Source of the DNA: Armatimonadota bacterium
Lineage (GTDB): Bacteria > Armatimonadota > Zipacnadia > Zipacnadales > UBA5352
Length of the DNA: 13,623 nt
Direction: 5' to 3'
Assembly: GCA_034722055.1 (NCBI GenBank)
Contig: JAYENL010000149.1
Location: forward strand, 54,307-67,929
Shown: positions 1 through 6,832 of the stretch, piece after piece
Layout: each line of letters opens with the position of its first letter
Numbering within the stretch: position 1 is the first letter of the stretch
Translations under genes and position numbers: made by a program
The notes under the pieces: model-generated
Database searches by the model: none
The model's input: only the letters and a program-made list of their open reading frames with translations
Told to the model about the DNA's origin: nothing

Positions 1-1
1 G

Positions 2-1261
2 CTGCTGGCCCTGGGTCGCGACCGGGAGGCTGCGGAGGCCCTGGAGCGGCTTGAGGACCCACCTCTGGTGTGCTTCCCGCGCCTGAGCTGGCCCGACGGG
101 CAGAGAGCTCGGGTCCGGCAGGCGTGGCTGATGCGCTCGGAGCTGGCGGAGCGGGAGCGGGACTGGGGGCTGATGGAGCGCTGCCTGGACGAGGCGCTGG
201 CGGTGGAGCCCGAGGACCTCGTCTCGAAGGCCCGCCGCACGTGGGCGCGGGTGCAGCGGCTGCACGACGGCGCGGCGGACGAGAGCGACCGAGCGGACCT
301 TGAGGGTCTCGTGGAGGAGGACGTGACGGAGCTGCGTGAGGCCCCGATGAGCGGTGGGGCCATGTTCTACCGCAGCCGCGTGCTCGAGGGGCGCTGCCCC
401 GAGCGCGCCGTTCGGGACTGGCGCGCGCTGGTTGGGCAGCGCGAGTGGCTGGCCGAGTGCGGGGACGCCCGCGAGCCCCGCCTGGTCTGGCTCGGGGATC
501 GACTGGCGCGCAGGGGCGCGTGGGAGGACGCCGAGGTCGCCTACCGGGGCGCGGCCGACGCAGGCGCGGACGTGCAGGAGCGCCTGGAGATCACCCGGAT
601 CGCCAAGCTCATGCACGAGCCGCCGGCGGAGCAGGTGCGTGCCTGCCAGGACGCTGCCGAGCGGCACCCCGATAGCGGCCTGTGGCCGCTCCTGGGCGCA
701 CTGGCGGCTCTGCAGAGCGAGCCGCCCGACACGGACGGCGCGCGAGAGCTGGCGGCTGAGGCGCGCGAGCGCGGGGCTGCTGCTGCGGCCATCGTCGAGG
801 CGCTGTGCGGCGTGCTGGATGGCGATGACCGGGCGGGGGATGTTCTGTCCGACCTGCTCGATGGGGGCGACAGGCGGGATGTCCCGCCCGTGGTTGAGGC
901 CGGGCTGAGGCTGCTCGCCGGCGACGGCGACAGGCTCGCGGGGCTGTGGCAGTTCAGGAAGCAGGCCGGGGAGGAATGGATGTCGCTGCTGCCGGTCGAT
1001 CCCGGGGCGGCACTGGGCAGCGCGCTGGCCGAGGCCCGGCAGGGGGATCTCGCGCGAGCGGCTGAGCTGGCAGAGGACCTGCGGGAGCAGGGCGTGGAGC
1101 TGCAGACGGACGAGGTTGTGCGCCTGCTGTGCCTCCACGCGATCGAGCTTGCCAGCCAGGGGCGCTTCGACGAGGCCGATGACGCGGCGGTGACGGCGCG
1201 AGCGCTCACCCATGATCAATGGGGGCGGAGTGAGAGCGATGAGGCTCTTCGACGGGAATGA
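2..1261 (+). CDS. Alpha-helical, TPR-like repeat protein; 5'-partial (starts upstream of the window)
   Basis: The frame of ORF 68..1261 is open from position 2 (LLALGRDREAAEALERL...), so GTG68 is probably not the true start. It has Ala/Leu/Glu/Arg-rich helices with TPR-like motifs: LDEALAVEPED, LGDRLARRGAWEDAEVAYRGA, AAERHPDSGLWPLLGA, LASQGRFDEA. The stop overlaps the start of the next gene. Confidence 0.75.
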   Translation: MLALGRDREAAEALERLEDPPLVCFPRLSWPDGQRARVRQAWLMRSELAERERDWGLMERCLDEALAVEPEDLVSKARRTWARVQRLHDGAADESDRADLEGLVEEDVTELREAPMSGGAMFYRSRVLEGRCPERAVRDWRALVGQREWLAECGDAREPRLVWLGDRLARRGAWEDAEVAYRGAADAGADVQERLEITRIAKLMHEPPAEQVRACQDAAERHPDSGLWPLLGALAALQSEPPDTDGARELAAEARERGAAAAAIVEALCGVLDGDDRAGDVLSDLLDGGDRRDVPPVVEAGLRLLAGDGDRLAGLWQFRKQAGEEWMSLLPVDPGAALGSALAEARQGDLARAAELAEDLREQGVELQTDEVVRLLCLHAIELASQGRFDEADDAAVTARALTHDQWGRSESDEALRRE

Positions 1262-3218
1262 GCTGGACCTCGACTGCTTCGATCCGGAGCTGATCACGGC
1301 GACCGAGGGCATGGGGACGGTCATCGCCGCGGCCACCGCCACGGGCAGCCCGGAGATCGAGAGCACCCACTTCCTGATGGCGCTCGTCGGAATCGACGAC
1401 GGCCTGACGCGGCGGGTGTTCGCCGGCCGGGGCTTCGCGCCTGGTCAGTTCGAGAGCGGGCTGGCCGCCTGCGCTGTCTGCGACCGGGAGAGTGTGCCCC
1501 CGGCCTTCATCTCCCGGGACTGCATGCATGCAAGCGCCATGCGGGCCTTCGAGGACCTGGCGGCTCTGGCGGACGAATGGCGTCTGGCGCGGGTAACGGA
1601 GGGAGCGCTGCTCCTAGCTATGCTCCGCAACCTCACCGACGTCGCCCGGCGGCGGCTGGGTGAGCTCGTTGACCTGCCGCAGGTCATTGAGGAGGTGGAG
1701 TTGGAGGCGGGGCCGACGCCGGAGCATGCGGAGGTCTTCGGCCCACAGGACCGCCCACCTGAGGAGCGAGAGGCGCAGCTTGACGCCTTCTCGCCAAGCG
1801 GCCGCCGAGTGCTGCGGATCATGGCGCGCGAGGCGGAGGCCCTGGGGTTCGACCAGGCCGATGCCCGGCACCTGCTCCTGGCCTGCCTGGCCGGGCCGGG
1901 CGAGACGCTGAAGCTCGCCCTCCACCAGCAGGACATCCCGCCCAAGCGCCTGCAGGAGGGGCTGATGCTGGGCCTGCAGGGTCCAGGCGAGCGAGCGCAG
2001 ACCACGGTGGCGCTCAGGGCTGAGGACATGCAGACGGCCGTGCGGCACGTCATCGAGACGGCCGCGGACATCGCCGCCAGGGAGCGCGTCGAGCATATCT
2101 CGGAGAAGCACATCGTCCTGGCCTTCCTGACGGTTGAGACGCTGGCGCGCCGTCTGCTGCTCGACTACGGCTTTGACCCGGGCGCGGCCGTTGACATCAT
2201 CGCCCGGCACGAGATCGACGAGGAGCTGGAGCCTGAGCCTGGCGAGCGGCCGGCGGACCTCGAGGCCGTTCGGGAGCAGCTCGAGACCGCGGTCCTGGGC
2301 CAGAGCGAGGCCGTCAATCAGGTCTTCCGCTATGTCAAGCGCATGATGATGGGCTATCGCGTGCCCGGAAGGCCGGCCGGCGTCTTCCTGTTCTGCGGTG
2401 AGTCCGGGACGGGGAAGACGGAGCTCGCGAAGGCCGTCGCGCGAGCCATCTACGGATCCGAGGAGGCGCTGGTGTTCCTGGAGATGGGCCAGTACCAGAC
2501 ACGCGAGAGCATGAACATGCTGGTCGGCGCCCCGCACGGATACGTGGGCTTCGGCGAGGGGAAGCTGACCAACGCGCTGCGAGACGACCCCCGGCGCGTG
2601 ATCCTCTTCGACGAGTTCGAGAAGGCCCACAGTGAGGTCTACAACGCCGTGTTGCGCTTCCTTGACGAGGGCCGCATTGAGGACCCGGCCGGGCCGGTGC
2701 GCGACGGCCGCGAGTGCATCGTGGTGTTGACCAGCAACGTCGGCGCGGGCGAACTGGCGCAGTTGTGGGAGGGCGTCCCGCCCGGCCCCGAGGGCTATTG
2801 GGAGATCCGCCAGCGCCTGCGGCAGAAGCTGCTGGAGCTGGAGTTCCGACCCGAGCTGCTCAACCGCGTGGATGAGTGCATCCTGTTTCGCGATCTCGGG
2901 GACCAGGTCCTGACCGCCATAGCGGACCGAGAGATCGGCAGATGCGTCGCCTGGCTCGAGAACGAGCTGGGCGTCGAGGTCGAGGTGGCACGGGACGTGG
3001 CCGACCAGATCGGCTCCTTCTGCTCGCAGTCAAAGGAGGGCGCGCGGCTTGCGCACCGCGTGGCCCGAGCCGTGATCCTCGACCCGGTGCTCGACTTCGT
3101 GCTGGAGGCGGCAGAGCCGGAGCTCGACCGAGTTGAGGTGCGCGCGCGCCCCGGTCAGGACGGTCACCCCTACGGGACCGTCTCGGCGGCCTCCGAGGCA
3201 CCGCGGCCGGGTGAGTGA
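1239..3218 (+). CDS. Atypical Clp/Hsp100-family AAA+ ATPase: four Clp-N repeats plus a single ClpA/B-type D2 module (659 aa)
   Basis: D2 motifs: entry VLGQSEAV, Walker A GESGTGKT (2397-2420), pore loop GAPHGYVG, Walker B ILFDEFEKAH, FLDEGRIED, sensor-1 TSN, FRPELLNRVDE and sensor-2 GAR. The N-terminal half has four Clp-N-like repeats (IESTHFLMAL, VTEGALLLAML, ADARHLLLACL, ISEKHIVLAFL). ATG1239 is preferred over ATG1212 because GGAG lies at 1227-1230. Confidence 0.9.
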   Translation: MRLFDGNELDLDCFDPELITATEGMGTVIAAATATGSPEIESTHFLMALVGIDDGLTRRVFAGRGFAPGQFESGLAACAVCDRESVPPAFISRDCMHASAMRAFEDLAALADEWRLARVTEGALLLAMLRNLTDVARRRLGELVDLPQVIEEVELEAGPTPEHAEVFGPQDRPPEEREAQLDAFSPSGRRVLRIMAREAEALGFDQADARHLLLACLAGPGETLKLALHQQDIPPKRLQEGLMLGLQGPGERAQTTVALRAEDMQTAVRHVIETAADIAARERVEHISEKHIVLAFLTVETLARRLLLDYGFDPGAAVDIIARHEIDEELEPEPGERPADLEAVREQLETAVLGQSEAVNQVFRYVKRMMMGYRVPGRPAGVFLFCGESGTGKTELAKAVARAIYGSEEALVFLEMGQYQTRESMNMLVGAPHGYVGFGEGKLTNALRDDPRRVILFDEFEKAHSEVYNAVLRFLDEGRIEDPAGPVRDGRECIVVLTSNVGAGELAQLWEGVPPGPEGYWEIRQRLRQKLLELEFRPELLNRVDECILFRDLGDQVLTAIADREIGRCVAWLENELGVEVEVARDVADQIGSFCSQSKEGARLAHRVARAVILDPVLDFVLEAAEPELDRVEVRARPGQDGHPYGTVSAASEAPRPGE

Positions 3219-3223
3219 GGAGG

Positions 3224-3228
3224 GGAGG
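3224..3228 (+). promoter_or_regulatory. Shine-Dalgarno site of the kinase gene
   Basis: GGAGG lies 6 nt before ATG3235. Confidence 0.7.
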
Positions 3229-3234
3229 CGGAGG

Positions 3235-4563
3235 ATGAGCGCGACTGACGGTGAGCTGCTGATGGGCCGGTACCGGCTCTACGAGAGGCTGGGCCAGGGA
3301 GGGTTCGGCACGGTCTACCGCGCCGACCAGATGACCTTCGGCCAGCCGCTGCGCGAGGTGGCCATCAAGATCTCCAACAGGCCGCTCAGCCCCTCCGAGG
3401 CGCGAGCTACCTTCGCCGACGCGCTTCTGCTGGCCCGGCTGAGCGATGAGTGTGGCGACCCGACCATCAAGTCGCGTCTTGTCACCATCTACGACGCCGG
3501 CCACTGCGGCGACGGGGAGTTCCAGGGACGCGCCTACTGCGTGATGGAGATAGCGCGCGGCGGGAGCCTCCGACGGCGGCTCACGGGCAGGCCCCTGCCG
3601 CTGAAGCAGACGCTGCACTACATGTCGCAGGTGCTGGAGACGGTGGCCTACATGCACCAGGGGAGCACCGATCGCCATGGGCAGCGTCGCCCCGTCGTAC
3701 ACCGCGACCTGAAGCCCTCGAACGTTCTCATCGCCACGGCGGGTGCAGACAGTAGCCGCGGCGAGCAACTGAAGGTCAGCGACTTCGGGCTCGCTGTTGA
3801 CGTAGGACCGATGCTGGGGTGGGCCGAGGCGGGCGGCACTCTCGCATACATGGCCCCGGAGTCCTTCTCCGAGCAGCGCTGTTCGCCGGCCACCGACGTC
3901 TACTCCCTGGGGCTGATGTTCTACGAGATGCTCACGGGCGTCCAGCCGTTTGCCGACGTGGCCGCTCATGTGCGCGGCAGCACCGGCGAGCGAGCGCCCG
4001 AGGTGAGAGAGGCGCACATGCGGGCCCGCGACCGCGAGACCTTCGGCCTGCTCGACCAGGCCGCCGAACTGCGCGACGAGCCCGCGCTGCGGGCCGTCAT
4101 TCACCGATGCCTGGAGGCCGAGGAGGCGGAGCGCTACCAGGACGCGCGGGATCTGCTCGCAGACCTCAGGCGCGCAACAGGCGAGGACAGGGGCGGTCCG
4201 CTGCTGCCGAGGGAGGTCTCTCCCCGTGAGGAGATCCTGGGGCTGGTGGAACGCGCGCGGCGCCTGCTGCAGTTGGGGGAGCGTGACGCGGCGCGGCAGT
4301 TGGCCGACCAGGCGATGGCGACGAATCGCGAGCCCACGCTGGTGTCCGACGAGCAGGTGGTGGGCGCGGCGTACGAGCTGACGGTTCGGCTGATGCTCGA
4401 GGACGGGGAGGTCGATGAGGCGCGGCGAGTGGCCAACGAGGGATACCAGCGGCGCCGCTGTCGGGGAACGTGCCAGGCCATGGCGATGTGCCTGGAGCGG
4501 ATGGGGGCCGGTGCCGCCCGCGCTTTCCGCGCCGAGGCGCAGAGGCACCCGCCGGAGAGCTGA
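3235..4563 (+). CDS. Hanks-type Ser/Thr protein kinase with a C-terminal helical TPR-like extension (442 aa); no transmembrane segment evident
   Basis: Motifs GRYRLYERLGQGGFGTVY, VAIK, VVHRDLKPSNVL, DFG, GTLAYMAPE, DVYSLG and CLEAEEAERYQ. ATG3235 has a good RBS, and the upstream part of track ORF 3133 overlaps the Clp gene. The last ~120 aa are helical (LLQLGERDAARQLADQAM, MLEDGEVDEARRVA). Confidence 0.95.
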   Translation: MSATDGELLMGRYRLYERLGQGGFGTVYRADQMTFGQPLREVAIKISNRPLSPSEARATFADALLLARLSDECGDPTIKSRLVTIYDAGHCGDGEFQGRAYCVMEIARGGSLRRRLTGRPLPLKQTLHYMSQVLETVAYMHQGSTDRHGQRRPVVHRDLKPSNVLIATAGADSSRGEQLKVSDFGLAVDVGPMLGWAEAGGTLAYMAPESFSEQRCSPATDVYSLGLMFYEMLTGVQPFADVAAHVRGSTGERAPEVREAHMRARDRETFGLLDQAAELRDEPALRAVIHRCLEAEEAERYQDARDLLADLRRATGEDRGGPLLPREVSPREEILGLVERARRLLQLGERDAARQLADQAMATNREPTLVSDEQVVGAAYELTVRLMLEDGEVDEARRVANEGYQRRRCRGTCQAMAMCLERMGAGAARAFRAEAQRHPPES

Positions 4564-4598
4564 CGAGAGGCGGACCGCCTCCGGACTGAGATGCGACC

Positions 4599-5723
4599 AT
4601 GAGTGGCGAGTTGAGCGAGATCACCGTGGAGGTTCAGAGCGGCCTGAGAGAGGCCCGCAGGCTGTTGTGGGCCGCTCGAGGCTGGGAGCAGCTCGGCGGC
4701 CAGCAAGCGGGCTCGCCCTATCAGCCCCAACCGCACAATGACCGGGCGCGCGCGACCTTTGAGGCGGGCCTGCAGGTGCTGGGGGACGATCCTGCGCTCC
4801 TGCACCACCTTGCCGTGGCCGAACATGCCCGGGCGTGGGACCTGGAGCTGGAGGGCTCGGTCCTGGCGCCGGACGCCTGGCGCCGGGCCCTCGACATCTG
4901 GCACCGCCTCCACGGCTGCCCTGCGTTCTGGCAATCGATGCGGGAGAGGGCCGCGCAGCTTCAGCCCCCGGTGGATCCGGCGGTCGTGGACGAGCTTCGG
5001 GCCGCGCTATACGGGGAGCTGCTGGGGATCCACGTGGCCTTCGTGCGTCACTACTGCGACCAGGGCGACGTGAGCCGAGCCCGTCCGCATGTTGAGCTGA
5101 TCCGACAGACGCAGCTTCCGCCCGCCGTCCATGAGGAGATGCCCGAGCTGCTGTATGCGGCGATGACCGGCTCGCTGGGCGATCTGATGGCGAGCCAGGA
5201 ATACGACCAGGCGGCGCGGACCATCGAGCGCTATCTTGAGTTCTACCCCGATCACCTGCGGGCGCTGCAGACGCTCGCAGAGATCCTCCGCGACTGGGCG
5301 CGGGTGACGTCGGCGGCAGACGACTGGCCAACCGTCATGGAGATCGCACAACGCGCAGGAACATGGGCGCGAGAGCTGGATCAGCACGAGGCTCTCGAGG
5401 AGGCGCCTCTGGCCCGGCTGGCGCTGACGCGGCTGGGGGCCACGCTGGCGCGCAGATTCTACAGGAAGCTCAGCCAGGTTTTCAGTGACGCTCCTGATAC
5501 GACAGCCTGGATCGGCGACGAGCACCTGGCTTGGGCAGACCAGGCCGTCCGCTGGGCTGAGCTGGCCCACGATTACGATGCGTCGCGCGAGTACATGCTC
5601 CTGCTGAGCGCCAGCCTCTACCTGCGCGCCCGGTGCGCGACGGCGCTGGGCGACACGAGCCTTGGCTTGACGGATTACCAGCGACACATCCAGCTTACGA
5701 GGCGCATCGAGCAGGAGGAGTAG
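4599..5723 (+). CDS. Alpha-helical, TPR-like hypothetical protein (374 aa)
   Basis: Fills the operon gap with host-like codon bias. TPR-like segments include ARATFEAGLQVLGDDPALLHHLAVA, QEYDQAARTIERYLEFYPDHLRALQTLA and RARCATALGDTSLGLTDY. Confidence 0.8.
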   Translation: MSGELSEITVEVQSGLREARRLLWAARGWEQLGGQQAGSPYQPQPHNDRARATFEAGLQVLGDDPALLHHLAVAEHARAWDLELEGSVLAPDAWRRALDIWHRLHGCPAFWQSMRERAAQLQPPVDPAVVDELRAALYGELLGIHVAFVRHYCDQGDVSRARPHVELIRQTQLPPAVHEEMPELLYAAMTGSLGDLMASQEYDQAARTIERYLEFYPDHLRALQTLAEILRDWARVTSAADDWPTVMEIAQRAGTWARELDQHEALEEAPLARLALTRLGATLARRFYRKLSQVFSDAPDTTAWIGDEHLAWADQAVRWAELAHDYDASREYMLLLSASLYLRARCATALGDTSLGLTDYQRHIQLTRRIEQEE

Positions 5724-5736
5724 CCGCTCCGAAGGG

Positions 5737-6288
5737 ATGACTGCGCCTGCTCCGTGCCTGCTGCCCAGCCCATCGGGCAAAGGAGATGCACTCGGGATAA
5801 TGCACAGCAGCCCGTGGCGAAGAGGTCCGCTGAGCCGCAATCCCTACTACTACACGGCATTCCATGTGCTGAGGATGCCCCCATCCGTGGTGCAGCGCCA
5901 CGCCGTCCGCCAGCACGTCCTCCAGGCCCGCAACCTGGCCGCCGCCATGCCCCAAGCGCACCGGATATGCGGCGAGCTGGTCACCGAGTCGGAGATCAAC
6001 GAGGCCAGCGAGATCCTGGCGGGTGGCCCCAGCCGCCTGTGGGAGGAGCTGGTGGCGCATCGACCGGAGGAGTACATCACGCCCGGACTGCAACGGCTCC
6101 GAGAGCGGCTGCATTCGCTCGCGCCGGAGGCGCCGATGGCTGATGACGGGCCCCCACTGCGCCTGCCTGCGTTGCTCAGGCGCTGGATGGAGCACCTGCT
6201 TTCGCAGCAGGTGGGGGAGACGACTGACAGCGAGCTTGTGTCAGCCTCGACCTACCGGCCGATCCCGCCATGCGGAGGAGGCACCTGA
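5737..6288 (+). CDS. Degenerate J-domain-like protein lacking the HPD motif; start uncertain (5737 or 5800)
   Basis: NPYYYTAFHVLRMP resembles J-domain helix I (xPYxVLG). EINEASEILAGGPSRL resembles helix III-IV (EINEAYEVLSDPxKR). The gene lies directly upstream of the GrpE-like and Hsp70 genes, and its stop is 1 nt before the next start. Confidence 0.6.
   Translation: MTAPAPCLLPSPSGKGDALGIMHSSPWRRGPLSRNPYYYTAFHVLRMPPSVVQRHAVRQHVLQARNLAAAMPQAHRICGELVTESEINEASEILAGGPSRLWEELVAHRPEEYITPGLQRLRERLHSLAPEAPMADDGPPLRLPALLRRWMEHLLSQQVGETTDSELVSASTYRPIPPCGGGT
6274..6281 (+). promoter_or_regulatory. Shine-Dalgarno site of the GrpE-like gene
   Basis: GGAGGAGG lies 8 nt before GTG6290, inside the 3' end of the preceding gene, which is consistent with translational coupling. 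Confidence 0.7.
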
Positions 6289-6289
6289 C

Positions 6290-6805
6290 GTGGACCCAAG
6301 CTTCGAGATCGGCGCCAGGCAGAGGTCGGTGGCGCCACTGGTCGAGGCGGATGCCACGCCCGTGACGCTGGCCTGGCATGCGCAGAGCCGATGGGAGGGC
6401 GAGCGGGCGCGGCAGCGCCAGGCGCTGCAGGAGGCGTGGAAAAGCGCCCAATCGGCCTGGATCGCGCTCGCCGATGAGTACCATCGCCTGACGGGCATTG
6501 CCGACAGGCTCCGGCCGGTGCTGGAGGAGGTGGGCGAGAGCGAGGCGCTGAAGGCGCTGGAGGTGATGGTCGCCCGCCTGGGCCGGTGCCTGTCAGACGC
6601 TGGCGTGGAATGCGTCCGCCCGGAGGGCGACGCCTTCACTCTGGAGCTGGGCGAGTACTTCGAGAGCGTGGCTCAAAGGCAGTGCCCTGAGACGACCGTG
6701 CTGATTGTCCTGGACGTGGTCGAGCCCGCCATCGTGATGCAGGGGGCTCTGATCCGCCAGGGCAAGGCCGTCATTGGGATCCCGACGGGAGACGGGCAGT
6801 CATAG
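6290..6805 (+). CDS. GrpE-like nucleotide exchange factor, divergent (171 aa)
   Basis: A long N-terminal helix is followed by the GrpE head pattern LSDAGVECVRPEGDAF...FESVAQ...VLDVVEPAIVMQGALIRQGKAVIG (canonical LxxxGVxxIxPxGxxFDP...HEAV...VxxVxxxGYxxxGRLIRPAxVxV). The start is reassigned from 6023 to GTG6290 based on the strong RBS and removal of the overlap. It is adjacent to the Hsp70 gene. Confidence 0.75.
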   Translation: MDPSFEIGARQRSVAPLVEADATPVTLAWHAQSRWEGERARQRQALQEAWKSAQSAWIALADEYHRLTGIADRLRPVLEEVGESEALKALEVMVARLGRCLSDAGVECVRPEGDAFTLELGEYFESVAQRQCPETTVLIVLDVVEPAIVMQGALIRQGKAVIGIPTGDGQS

Positions 6806-6832
6806 CGACGGCGTTCACAGGGGCGTGAGGTC

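Noticed and set aside
1239..3218. Calling the ATPase clpB, clpC or the T6SS ATPase clpV/tssH
   Set aside because: It has only one AAA+ module and no M domain, and no T6SS structural genes are present in the window.
1445..4934. Long - strand ORFs (1445..2113, 1614..2630, 2860..4548, 4134..4934) and alternative-frame + strand ORFs
   Set aside because: They overlap the motif-supported Clp, kinase and TPR-like genes, and have the low-complexity Arg/Pro/Ala/Ser composition typical of off-frame GC-rich translation.
6023..6289. N-terminal extensions given by the ORF track for the GrpE-like gene (from 6023), the kinase (from 3133) and the Zn-ribbon-TPR gene (from 9193)
   Set aside because: Each extension overlaps the upstream gene and reads as off-frame sequence. 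The downstream starts have good RBSs.
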